Shown here in pieces: positions 13,926-26,680 of a DNA stretch of 64,000 bases. Within the stretch, counting starts at the first letter, position 1. Each line of letters starts with the position of its first letter. The translations under genes were made by a program, and so were the position numbers. Source of the DNA: Camelus ferus (Eukaryota); NCBI RefSeq assembly GCF_009834535.1, contig NC_045697.1, forward strand, positions 100,876,001-100,940,000, given 5' to 3'. The notes under the pieces were generated by a model. It did no database searches, was not told the DNA's origin, and was given only the letters and a program-made list of their open reading frames with translations.

Positions 13926-14163
13926 TTGTTAATGTCTTTGGAGATCGTTGCTTTACCTCATTTCCTTACTTTATACATTTATTTCCAGAGCCTGCTGAAG
14001 ACTGGGGGGCCAGGCTCAGTTTGGATGGCAGTCTAAGGATAGAGGGCTCTGAAAAGCAGGAACAAGAAACACCCATCATAACTTATTTTAAGAACTGAAA
14101 GCAGGTTCAAACTCATGGTGGCAGTGAGCCTGTTGTGAGGGTCAGCACACGTGGGCTTCAGTT

Positions 14164-14208
14164 GTAAAAGGCGAAAGATTTACACGATCTGAAGGGGAGC
14201 CAGTTTAT
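14164..14208 (-). pseudogene. 3'-truncated U5 snRNA retropseudogene (about U5 nt 1-45)
   Basis: Minus strand ATAAACTGGCTCCCCTTCAGATCGTGTAAATCTTTCGCCTTTTAC versus recalled U5 5' end ATACTCTGGTTTCTCTTCAGATCGCATAAATCTTTCGCCTTTTAC (38/45 by eye). Flanked by a perfect 15-bp direct repeat at 14152-14166 and 14210-14224. Confidence 0.88.
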
Positions 14209-17200
14209 ATGGGCTTCAGTTGTAGGTAAATGAACAGTAAGTGGATTAATATTCAGATGCACCCTTCTTTGTCTGCAGAGCATCGCCAGTCTATGCAGCA
14301 CAGAGAGCTGTCAATCAATGTCAGTATTGATTTCATCCCACACTTTCTGGTCTGCAACAGAGCTCATAAAATAACCACTAACAGAAAAAAAAATCCACTT
14401 AAGTAGCCTTGATTTTTGTTGATAAACAGGGCAACTCTTCTCTCTGATATTCCAAGAACTCAATATTCCAAGAACTGATTTGTATGCTGTTCCTCAGTGA
14501 TTTTATACATTTGTAACACAAGATATCTATTGGCATGTGATAGTGACAGCTCTTCCATCCTCCCTGGCACCGAGCAGTACAGAAAATCCAACAGGGTGAC
14601 AGGCTAAAAAGTTTGCCAAGACTGAGGGCTGGTTTCTTCCAGAGCACATTATATATCATAAATGCAGCTAATTTTGTTTCTCAGCAACAGTGTGATGTGT
14701 ATCAATTTATAAGCTCATTTCACATGAAGTACAACTACGAATGACACCTTGGTGGTTCCATTCTTTTCATTCCTTTCAGAAACAATATCCAATGATTTCA
14801 TTCAGGAAAGTATTACCACATACTTGTTCTAGAAAAATGTCATCTTGATTTACTAGAGAGTTCTGCCTTAAGTTTGAAAAACTGGCTAAATTTTCAGTGG
14901 CAATATTTTTAAAAGACAAAGTATTAGACTTTGGGGGTGAGTTGATCCATTCTCTGATCTGACAAAAGCCAGTTTTAGATATTCAACATTGTATCCATAG
15001 TGAAGCTTTTCTTTTTCTCTACTTCTGGGAAATCTTCTCATTTGAAGGTGTCCCAGTGGAGTCCTGCTACTCTCTATTTCACATTATTTTGAGTTTTAAT
15101 ATTTATTATCATTTTCTTTGTAATTTTATCCTTAACTGAACCAGCTTTGCTCCTTTGATCTATATTTTTTTTAATGAGAGATAAGTCAAAGCATGAAAAA
15201 TAAAAAATGTTAACTGAAAATATAAGTTCGAAGAGCACAGAAATAATAAGTTGCACTAAATCTTAGCTCAGCAAAACTAAACATCAGAGTGCATGGTGTG
15301 CATGTCCAGCTTTCATGAATGATTGTTAAAAAATTATGTTAAAATAATTTGATAGACTATCAGGGAAAACCATGATTGATCTGATTTTGAAAGTTAGTAC
15401 TGTGGATGTGAACAAAATCTTTTTTCAAGGCCTTTTCCTCTAAAGCCATCATGGGAGGGCCGTGGGAGACCTGACGACAGGGGTGGACCAGCCAGGGTCA
15501 GACCAAGCTGAAACTCTCTTTGACTCTTTACAAATCTTCTGTACTCAGAACACCATCTTAAAGAATTATCTGGGACTTCTTGTTGGAATTCTTCAGGTAT
15601 TAAAGGGCTTCAGTCAGGCATGGCAGATTTCTTTCTCTAAAATCCAGAATACTATTTTTTTTCTCTCAAGTAGGGTTCTGTCTCTGCATCATATGGGAGG
15701 CCCAGTCCTCTGTTCTCTCTTGCAGCCCCTTGCAGGCTTTCTGGATAGTCCGGGGGCCTCATCATTTTGCTCTTCTCTAGAACGTCGAGGCAGGGTCAAG
15801 GGCATGTGCTTTCCCCAGCCACTGCCCTGCAATTTCCATTTGTCTTTATAATTTCCACCTCTCTTGGGAAAGCAAACCGAAGAGAAAGAAGGGAGAACAA
15901 CCCTCTCCTGTGATTCTGCTGCTTCTAGCCTGCATTTTCATTTCTCTCTTTCTGTTCACTTTATCTTAACCGGGTGGCTTTGACTCTGTTTTTCTACTTG
16001 CATAACAAGAGTTCTCTCCTTAACTGCCTGTGACGTGGTTGCATCCCATGCTTTTACTAGAACTACTCCACGGAATGCCATCCAAGACTCTTAACCACAA
16101 TCCAACAGGTTCTCTTTAGTCCTCATTCTCCTTTCTTCATCAGCACATCTGTTATTCTCGCTCACCATCTCCGTCTTGACATTCTTCTCATTTAGCTACA
16201 GTGCTGCTCGATGACCCTCCATCTCTAACGACTTCTCCACATTCTGTGGGTTCCTTAGTCCCCCCTTCCCTATACTTATGAATGGTCTCCTCCTATCATG
16301 TATGTTATCTCATTTCCTATGTGGAATACACAGAAAATTACTTAAACAATTCCTTTAAAATTATCCATGAAATCTTATCTTTTTTTTTGTTTGTTTCTAA
16401 AAATGGCAAGAATGCATAGGATCTTTTCTTTTTCTTAATGCAGATGTGAAATCTGCAGCAATGCTTAACCACACAATGAACGTCAGAAATGTTCAAGGAG
16501 AAACCAACCCTTTTTGACCAACAAAAGCAACACAAACACAACTAAATTATTCACAGAAAGGATCAATACCACAAAACTGCAACTAGTATTCTTGAAAGAG
16601 ATTTGAGTTAACATAGATTATTCCTGGATCACATCGAGTCATTAAACTATAAGCAACTAGGGGCAGAGATTGTATCTTATTCATTTTTCATCACCCATAG
16701 TGACAGGCACAGAGTTTTCCACATAACATGATCCCCAGCCATGTCTGCTAAATTGAATATGAGAGTTCCAGCAACAATTGCCAAAAAAAAAAAAAAATAC
16801 AGGATGAAATATGACAACAACATTTTACTTACCCTCATTACAAGCCTAAACTTTTTTTTCCCCTAAACAGTATTTTGTGGGCAGTTGTTATGCTACAGTT
16901 GATGAAATATTATATGCAAGACAGGGATATCAAATATTGTGGGGAAAATTTACAACTGCTCACAAAAGGTCCTGCCTGATATTCCTTCTTAGCTCACGTG
17001 CTAGACCTACACCCTTACAGCACTCACATGGGAGTCAGTAGTGGCAGCATCCCATTAGAACTGTACGACAATATTCAGAAAGAGGGCAAGAGCAGGGCAT
17101 TATTTTCAGAGAGAGAACAGAGATTTGAGATTATAAACTGACACTTGATCACTCCTCATTTAAAGGAGAGAGGAGGCGGCACTGCATCTGCTCCTTCCAT

Positions 17201-17989
17201 CAAAGTCAGGAGCCCCAAATCATGTATGAGCTGTGACAGCGACTCTAAAGCATGGAGCAGTGTGTGCTAGTGATGTACAGCAGGACTTAATTTTATTTTG
17301 CTCACCCCAAACTGAAGTGTCTTCATGCTTCAGGTGGGTACCAAAGGGGCCTTGAAAGGTTTCTGAGATCATCAAACCCATCTGGAAGATCAGAGCTAGA
17401 AGAGAGAGAAACATGCATACCTGCCCCACAGGAGTTTCCCCAGTTGATCAAAGGGGCCAGGGAATATCACAGGTAGGGCCTGAGGGGAAGTACTCCTGAT
17501 GATTTACTGTGTCTCAGCGTCAGGGCAGCAAGCGTAACTGCCTCAGAACTGCATCGTTAAGCCAAGAAAATGTGAAAGGAGAAATGCACGACACACAGTA
17601 CAGGGACAGAGCAAACGGACCTCCCCATTGTCAGCAGCTCTGCCTGACACCAGCATCAGCATCCATCAATGGATCGATTGATCTATCAATAAAATATTAC
17701 ATTTCTTGATTTAGAAGAAGTTTCAGCAAAGATCTACAAGAAAGGGATTGCCCGCTCCTGGCTTCCTCCTCTGCAACAGGCACTTCGCAGTTCTAGACGC
17801 TATGAGTCCTCCAGGAGAGGGGGAGAGAGGGAGGCCATTTCTCCCTACCAAGCTTTCCACTAACAGCCTTTCTGCAGATGCAAGGAAGATGCAGGGGAAG
17901 GACAGTAATTCTTGATTTTGATTGAATATTTCTTCCCAATGAACTTGAGATTTTTATTTCTTAATTTTTTTCCTAAGGAGATTTTTACT

Positions 17990-18281
17990 TGTGAAAGGAA
18001 AATAAAAATGGAGTCAGTATCATTAAGAGAGCTGACTAAAATGGAACCAGGAGGCCACTAAAGAAGTTTGATGCACACACATCTTAGTCTGGATGGCCTC
18101 TGACCGTTTGACCTGATGAAGCCACCCAAAACACCTGCCAGAAATTCAAGATACTTATGGGAACCTCACCCTAAAGTAATTCGTGACAGCCTGTCTATTT
18201 ACTGGACCCCTACCCTGAAACAATGTGTGACTCCTTAAAGTCAAATATTTCCTGTCTTGTGGTCAGAGTCTATCACAATTC
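17990..18281 (+). mobile_element. ERV1-like LTR 5' fragment inside a 17-bp direct repeat
   Basis: Starts TGTGAAAGGAAAATAAAAATGGAGTC, an LTR-like 5' terminus. Flanking repeat tgaacttgagattttta at 17940-17956 and 18282-18298. Confidence 0.55.
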
Positions 18282-20089
18282 TGAACTTGAGATTTTTAAA
18301 TAGATTAGCATACAAATCACCAGGCCACAGTGAACACACCAGAAGGAAATGAGGTGCTGTTGTTTGGAAACTTTAATTCTACTCCCCTCTCAGTTACTAA
18401 CAACTCCCAAGGGGGGCGTGCTCAGTAAAGCTGACAGCAGCTACAAGGAAATAAAATGATTCCGTGTGTGGAGATTGCTGGATTGAGACTATCAATTGAA
18501 CCTCCTGCATATGTAGGAGAATTAGAGAATATGTGAGGAAGAGTGAATGTTTCAGACCATAAGATTTCTGCATGAGAAGAGTAAAAAGATGAGAGCTATT
18601 TGACTGGAAGTGACTACATAGGCTGCAATTGATTTATTCAATAAACTCTGATATCACAAAAGTAGGGGACATTTTTGAGGTTTAAAAAACCTCTTGGGAA
18701 AAAAGGGACATTTTAAATTTAAAAACATGTAGAATTTGACTAATTCATAAATCATAAAAAAGAATGGTGAGTACATTAACAGACCAGGACATCCAAAATG
18801 GATTAATGAGTGAAAGTAATATGTGAAGAGGGTTAACTTATCCTTATAACACTCATACAAATTGTCCCTTGATTTCATTGTGAAAGAAAAATAATAAGAT
18901 TATATGGATATGGTCTGATCCTGTGTGGCAGTTTTTTTCCTCCTTAATAAATAGCCTACCCTTTATCCACATTCTTAATAAAGCTTTTTGGTTTTTCCTT
19001 GAATGAAGTGTAATGCAAATGATGCTTTGGGTTACAATATTTCTGTATGAGGAATAACCCCACATATGCCAATATAACTGCACAGATATGCATTGGACTT
19101 TCGTGGTGGAAAACAAACAGTCATATCACACCTTCATTTTGTGCCAGATCTATGAGAGTGCTGAAGCAAGATCACTGTGTTATGAAAAGACCTAAATGCT
19201 GCTACCTAAGATATTTCAAACTAAGTATCAGAATATAGATCAGTGAACAAATTGCCAGTGAATAGATGACAGGTCCATTTTTATTACAGCTTTTGGTTAC
19301 AAATATTAAAAAACACCCTACTTTATCAAGACCTAGTTTCTTATCATTGTGAATATCTAAGTATCTCAATTTATTTATTCATACTACTTACTGATGAGCT
19401 CAAAAATACATTCTTGATTCTCTGATTTTGGATGGCTCAAATGTTATGTGCTTAATTTTGTGGGAAAAAAAGAGCTGTAGGACTGAACAATGGCACAAAA
19501 CAAAATAAAAGGCAAAAGGTAAAACGCATTTCTATAGGCTTAGGCCCTAACGTTTTCACATAAACATCGCAATAAGCATATTCACTAATTTGTCCCTTAC
19601 TTTGTATCATTTTTATTATGTATTTAATTTCTATTTCATCTGAGTTTCTCTTTGTGTATGTACATATCTTGGTGTATGTGCGTGTGTGAGAGACATATCT
19701 GATGTAGCTTACAAATCAGAAACCTACATCTTTATTAAAATCGTTTACTTGGTTATGAATTAAACAAAATTTCTGTTGGACTCAATTGAGATTTCTAATT
19801 ATAAAGTCCTTATTTTTAACATTTGGCATTTTGCAGTGGCACTGAAATTAATGTCCTAGCCTGAGCAGCAGGACACACTTCAATGCAATCAGGGCAATGA
19901 GGCAGGTGTCGGCCAGGCCACCTTGGCAATCAGTCTTTTTGACGCAGACAATCTTAAAATTACTCTCACATTCCCACCCCAGGCTTTCTTCTTCCATTGA
20001 CCTCTGTGTCTGACCTCTATGTCTGACCTCCCCTGAAAAATTATAATCAAGAAATTATTATCGTTGTTTTCTGTAACTTGCATACTTAC

Positions 20090-20187
20090 AATCAGGAGGC
20101 ATCTTTTCCATAAATATTGTATAATACTCTTTTAGAAGTTCAAAATTTTCCTGATTAATACTTTCTTGCAAAGAGACGTCTCCAAAC
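20090..20187 (-). CDS. INPP4B: INPP4B coding exon (98 nt, phase 2-1)
   Basis: tttttttag|G TTT GGA GAC...CCT GAT T|gtaagt. Translates [32 protein letters not shown](Y). Confidence 0.96.
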
Positions 20188-20381
20188 CTAAAAAAATAGA
20201 AAATAAAAAAAGACAATGGAATATAGAATAGTACCTGAAAATAACTTCTTTTATCTTTCTTTTTTTAAATAGATGGCCATAGTTTTCTAAGAAAGGAGTC
20301 TATTTTTTTAAGCAACATTGCACAACGGTGATTTCAAACATATTGCAGTCTCCACTGGCCCTCATTCCACCAATCACTTTT

Positions 20382-20505
20382 TAAAATATATTTTTGGGGG
20401 AAATTAGGCTTATGTATTTATTCCAATGGAGGTACTGGGGATTGAATCCAGGACCTCGTGCATGCTAAACATGCACTCTACCACTGAGCTATACCTCCCC
20501 CTGCC
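20382..20505 (-). mobile_element. tRNA-derived SINE, camelid Vic-1-like, with 15-bp TSD
   Basis: Minus strand GGGGAGGTATAGCTCAGTGGTAGAGTGCATGTTTAGCATGCACGAGGTCCTGGATTCAATCCCCAGTACCTCC. Perfect TSD ccaccaatcactttt at 20367-20381 and 20506-20520. Confidence 0.9.
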
Positions 20506-21503
20506 CCACCAATCACTTTTGACACACCAAAGTATTCTCACCATCATCAAATGCAAACCTGAATGAAAGAGGACATCTTAGACGCCAGCCCCTGTGCCTC
20601 TGCATAATTGATACTCAGTTAATGTTAATTTCCCCACCTCGGCAGTGCTGTATCTCTAAAGACATAGAAACTCTCTCATCTCTCTTTTTATCCCTCCAGT
20701 GCTCCTCTTCATCAATGACAGCTGGAGGAGAGGTCTGGAAGACCAGGGCTGGACACTGGGCTGCATACAGTCTTGTACACTTTACCAACTGCTGTAGGCA
20801 CATGGAGAGCTATCCAATCTGTCCGGGAGTAGTTTACTTCTGCTGACATTTTTTTCTCTCCACACCATGAAGGATGCCAGCCTCTGTACTAGTGCTCTTC
20901 TGCCACCTTCTCAAGTCAAAACTGCATCGGTGCATAATCACCGACCTTGTGCTTTCTTTAAGCATTTCCCAGGCTTAAAACTTAAAATCGTCTTGTCTCT
21001 CTATAAAAGAAGGCTATGCAAATGGCTTTCACTACGTATCTCTATCCAAATATCTCCATTCAAATCTATCTGTCCCTCAAAGCCTTGTGAAGGCTTATGT
21101 GCGCTATGAAACCTCCCTGATGAATGTTCTCCCATCTGTGAACCACTTTCTTTCCCCCATGAATCCTGTCCCTTCTACATCTTTGCTTACTGCACAAGTT
21201 GAACTGCAGTGTTACATGTGTTGACCTGTCTTCCTTACTGGATGGTAAATTCTTCCAGGACAGGATCATAGCCATTCTTCTTGTTGTGCTGCCTGCTCCC
21301 TGTGTCCCACAGCTTGGCAGACCAGTGCCTGGTGCAATTCATATTCAAAACCTTTCCTGAGTTAAACTTGGAGGACAGGGACATAGACGCAGGAAAATCT
21401 ACAGGAGAGTTACCCTAAACTCTGAAATGCGCTCTTCTAACTTTTTTAGACATTATCATCAACTGGTGCTTTAAAATCATCATCCTTGCTGGAGTAATAT
21501 TAG

Positions 21504-21877
21504 TGTTATGAACTGAACGTGTGTGTCCACCCCAAAGATCATATGTTGAAGCCCTAACCCCCAGTGTGGCTGTGTTTGGAGATGGACCTTCTAAAGAAGT
21601 AATTAAGGTTAAATGGGGTCAGGAGGGTGGGGCCCTGATCTAGGAGGATTAGTGTCCTTGTGAAAAGAGACATCAGAGGGCTGGTTTTCTCTCTCCACAC
21701 ACACAAAAGAGGTCCTGTGCGCACACAGCAAGGAAGTGGAAGATAGTTCTCACCAGAAACCACATTGACTAGAACCTTGATCTTGGGCTTCTCAGCCTTT
21801 TGGACTCTGAGAAGTAACTTTCTGTTGTGTAAGCCACCCAGTCTGTAGTATTTTGTTATGGCAGCCCAGGCAGACTG
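21504..21877 (+). mobile_element. MaLR solo LTR (MLT1A-like)
   Basis: TGTTATGAACTGAA...CATATGTTGAAGCCCTAACCCCCAGTGTG...TAAGCCACCCAGTCTGTAGTATTTTGTTATGGCAGCCC. Possible 5-bp TSD ATTAG at 21499-21503 and 21878-21882. Confidence 0.88.
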
Positions 21878-23608
21878 ATTAGTACTTACTTATTTTAAAA
21901 TGGATATACACTACATATGTTTTGGCTATGGGTACATATGTAATAATATTTTACACAAGGATTACATAGCAGGAGCATACCTAATGTGTGAATGTTGCCA
22001 GGAAAAGCTCAAAATTCAGAATCAGAACTACGAAGCTCAGAGAACAGAGAAGTGATTCGCTCAGATCAATAGTTGATAGACATCTGAGCGCAGCCTTCCT
22101 GCTTCCTTTTGCATTTCTCTCTCTGCTGCTGTTGTGTCTCCTTTTCAAGTCTGATGTGTCTTATGCAGCACCCAGGTATGAAAAAACACGTTTTAATATG
22201 CAAGACAGATGAGAGAAAAGGGAAGGCTGTAAATTAACCTAATCTATAAGACTGGGAAATACAATGCTAACTGTTCCTTCAAAAGTCTGTGAATGAAGAG
22301 TCTCACGTCTCTCTCAAGACCATACTCACAGGCCTTGACTTACTAATTCAGAATCAAAACTCTCTGTACTCTCGTATAGCAAAGAAGAGGCAATTAATTA
22401 AGAGTGCTGCTTCTTCCCCCTAAATCATGTAATTTCTGCTCATAAATACCCTTCACCACACCCAGCGAACTTGCTGTGAGACAACACATAGAAGTGACTG
22501 GAATACACTCTGATCTCACACAATGACTTGCGAAAGTGCTCAGTTATTAAAGAAAACTCTTTGTACAACAGTGAATAAAGTTATATTCTGATTTATGCAT
22601 ACCATAAGAAAAGCCATGAGTAGCTTCTACACAGTTTGAGACTAAACGTGCAACACAAAGCTGGCATGGGAATGTGTAACCGGCAGGTCAGAATGATGAA
22701 AAACCCATGCTGTCCAGGAATCTTTTGGATAAAAGGGGGAAAAGGAGAAGTAATAGCTACAAACAGGCACCTTGACCAGCATCGAAATTCAAAAGGACTA
22801 TAAGCACAATGGTATTTTACTTTAGCAAAAAACATTAGTAAAGGGTTAAAATGTATTTATCAAGTTATGGCAAAGCATATTCCAGCAACCTATGGGGAAC
22901 GGAGATATTAAGAGAGTGAATTATAGCCAAGAAAGCATTTTAAATTCTCACTGAAAGTCTTGCTTCTGAGGGAACTTTTCCAACCAGGCTTTACAGCCAG
23001 ATGGTAACTTCTTTCTCTAAAATCTTTTAAAAATGTGTTCTGTGAACCTTAACTCTCACCCACATTTTTGATAATCTCTACATGTGAACTGTGTAAGATG
23101 CAAAAGTAATTCCTTTGTGGGCTCGAAAAGTGTTTGTGACCGTCAGTCATGGAATCACATATAATTTTCTGTTGTCTGAGCAATTATTATAGATATGTTA
23201 ACATCTCCCAGTAACGACTATCTTAGTAAATAAAAGAAAAAATAGACTCTATTTTAGGTCCAGAAAATTTTGACACAATGTCGAAATACATATGAGCATT
23301 GAAAAATTCTAAAATTTGATATACACACCCAGGTATTTGGAAACACAAAGAAAGTTAATCCATGTGAATATTTTGGTATTGACACCAATATTTTTGTTAT
23401 TTTGCCACACTGAAATTTGATGTGAGCCAGGAATCCTTAAGCATAAATATTTCTCCTTGCTATATCAAATAATTTGGTACTGATGAAAAGGAAAATGCTA
23501 CCTATGAACCTGTTGAAGTTCTACGTAGAGGAACATGTGGAATTACTCAACATACCTGTAACAATTGAAAAGAAAAATTCAAGTACCGATCTTACACCTG
23601 AAGCTTAC

Positions 23609-23749
23609 CTCTCAGCAAGAGTTTGCTGTTCATTGATTCCAACGTTAAAAAGTACTGGGTACACATGAAGCAACTGTCCTTCTTTAATCTGTAGTGGCAG
23701 AGTCTCAAACATTCTCGCTGGAAGCTTTACCTCTACCACGTAATGTTCA
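23609..23749 (-). CDS. INPP4B: INPP4B coding exon (141 nt, phase 2-2)
   Basis: cttcctttag|T GAA CAT...GCT GAG AG|gtaagc. Translates [46 protein letters not shown](R). Confidence 0.96.
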
Positions 23750-24889
23750 CTAAAGGAAGCGGAGGACACAGAGAAGAAGCACTGCTCATTTCATTACTTT
23801 TTATGGTCCTTTAGATTCATTAGAAAGAAATAATAAAACAGTTTGAATATAGCACAGATTTGGATTTCTGGCTGCTATCGGCTTACTTCCTGTTATTAAT
23901 TCATTTGATAATCATTTAATTCACTTCACTATTACTTGGCAGAAAGAACTGTTTACACTTGTTTTCTCTCCATTACTCTGAGCTTTCCTAGGAAAGGAAG
24001 AATTTACTGCATCTTTGTATACCAGGGCCGTGTGCATAAGAGCATCAGTATTTATTTCTTTGATGTAATTGTTTCTAAAACCCAGTTTCAATGAAAAGAA
24101 AAGCAATTCAATGATGGATTTTTCAATAGAGTGAAACCAATGAACCCAATCACTTAGAACATTTTGTAGCATGGCTTAATTGCTAGTACTGAGGAACCTC
24201 CCTGTTTGGGATGGCCCGATGGAAATGTAATGGTTTCATTTAAGGTCTAACCTTTGGGGGGTTTTGATCATTTTGCAACATTAACATATCATGGGGACGT
24301 TTTTCACTGGAAATTTCCTTTAAAAATTACCCCGAATATTTAGTGTTGAAAATTTAAATTAGGATTCACAAAATAAGGTCAACAAGAATAGCTGCTTGTA
24401 TATTTTGAAACTTGGTAACTTCTGAGCTGGTGTGAACTGAGTATAGAAATGTATAGTTTAACCCATAATGTAGGAAAATCCATGTGTTTCCAGAACTATA
24501 TATAGTGTTGGTGTTGTAATCCATGTATGGGGAAAGGAGCTCAGGACACTTGGTGAGTCTCCATGAAAATCTTTTTAGTTTCTCCTAGTATAACGCTGAT
24601 ACATACGCTGGATCCTTGGCTATGAGACTTGTTTCTTACCTAAGCTTTGAACTAGAGAACCAGGAAATATCATCAATCTATCAAGTAGGGATGTTAGCAC
24701 TACCCTCAGATGGATGCATACTTTATTTTTCTTTTTAAAATTGCTCAGTGCCCTTCACAATAGTCTGGCTGATAGAAGGCTGATGTTTATTTATTCCAAG
24801 TTTTTCAGGAATATGAGAAAATTCAATGAGTCAGTCTGTATTTAAAGGTTGCTTTGAAGGTGAAACATTATCTACTTTCTTTATGATAA

Positions 24890-26680
24890 CTTCTTGTCAT
24901 CTTTATTAGAATATAATTGACATAAACTCATGCATTTTAAGCGTGTAAATCAGAGTTTCAGCAAATTTATAGAGTTGTGCAACCATGACCATAATCCAGT
25001 TTCAAAACATTTCCATCACCTTAAAAAAATCCCTTGTGCCTATTTGCATTCAAACCCTAATCCCACTGCCAGCCCCAGGAAACCAATGATCTGTTTCTGT
25101 CTCTAGAGATTTTACTTTTCTACACTTTTCACATAAATGGAGTCATTCGATATGCAGTTTTTGTGTCTAGCTTTTTTCATTTAGCATGACTGTGAAGTCA
25201 TGTATGTTGTAGCATGCTATTAGCAGTTTCTCCCTTTTTATTGTTGAATAGTGTTCTATTGTACAGAACCACTATTTTGTCTCTGCCTTCAAGTTGATGA
25301 ACACTCAGATTGCTCCATGATTTGGGCTATTCTGAATAATGCTGCTATGAACTTTCATGCATTAGTCTTTGTGTGGATGCATGGTTTCATCTTCTTTTGG
25401 GAATATACCTAAGAGTCATACAGCAATTTTAGGTTTAAGTTTTTAAGCAACTGCCAAATTGTTTCCAAAGTGGTGGTACCATTTTACATTCCCAACAGTA
25501 GTGAATGAGGGTTCCAGATTTTCCACATTCTTGCCAATGCTTGTTGTTGTCTGACTTTCTGATTATGATGATTCTACTGTGAGTGAAGTGGTATCTAACT
25601 GTGGTTTTAATTTGCAATCTCCTAATGACTAATGATGCTGAGTATGTTTTCGTGTGCATATAAGCCACTCGTGTATTTTATTTGGCAAAATATCTATCCA
25701 TATCCTCAGCCCATTTTTAAATTAGATTTTTTTGTTTTATAATTATTAAATTGAAGGTTTCTTTATATATTCTGGATACAAGTATTTTATCAGATATATG
25801 TATTTTGCATGTAATTTCTTCCAATCTGTGGCTTGTCTGTTCATTTACTTAATGGTATTTTTGATGCTTAAAAGTTTATAATTTTGATTAAATCCTATTT
25901 ATCAAATTGTTTATTTTATGAATCTAGATTTTTTTGGGTCATGTCTAAGAATTCTTTACCTAACTCAACTTAAAAGATTTTTCTCCTAGAAGTTTTAGTT
26001 TTAGCTCTTACATTTAGACCAATGATCCCCTATGAGTTAATTTTTGTGTATGGTGTAAATTGATGTTCTAAATTCTTCTTTTGCCTGTGAATAATTAATT
26101 GTCACAGCAACTCTCCATTCTTCATTAAATTGCTTTGGCACCTTTGTCAAAAATCAGTTGAACTTAAGGATAATAGTTTATATCTGGACTCTAAATTTTG
26201 TTCCACTGATCTATCTACCTATCTATCTATATACATACATACTGATGCAAGTACTATCAGTCTTGATTATTGTGTTTTATATTAACTTTTGAAATCAATA
26301 AGTAAAATCCTTCAACTTTTTTCTTCTTCCATAAAATTGTTGTTTAGTATTCCAGATCCTTTGCATTTCCATACAAATTTTAGGTTGAGCTTACCAATTT
26401 CTGCAAAAAAAAAAAAAAGGCACTGGGATTTGGATACTGATTGCATTGGGTCTACAGATCAGTTTGTGGAGCATCTCTGTCTGAGCAATACTGAGCATGC
26501 TAATCTGTGAACATGGACTGTCTTTCCGTTTGTTGGATCTTATTAATTTCTCTAGGCACATTTTGTGTGTTATGTGTACAATTCCTAGGGTATTTTGTTA
26601 CATTTGGTCCGACATAGTTATTCTTTCTGATGCTGTTGCGAATAGAATTGTTATCTAGTTACCACTGTATCTAACAACTT
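24890..26680 (-). mobile_element. L1 (L1MB/MC-like) ORF2 3' end plus 3' UTR, decayed
   Basis: Antisense L1 3' terminus, and ORF 25435..25668 (QIKTTVRYHFT...WECKMVPPLWK) resembles the L1 ORF2 C-terminus. Confidence 0.88.

Noticed and set aside
14447..14476. Short tandem duplication atattccaagaact (similar case near 249-285)
   Set aside because: Ordinary slippage-type micro-duplications with no other signal.
18403..18422. Second CTCF-like motif (CCCAAGGGGGGCGTG)
   Set aside because: Several mismatches in the 5' half of the core.
19922..20032. Possible 111-nt in-frame exon (ttttcag|GGGAGG...CAAG|gtggcc; open as WEVRHRGQ...TDCQ), overlapping ORF 19889..20083
   Set aside because: The upstream intron would be only 57 nt, below the usual mammalian minimum, and the donor is weak. 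Used instead of the 98-nt exon it hits a stop within a few codons.
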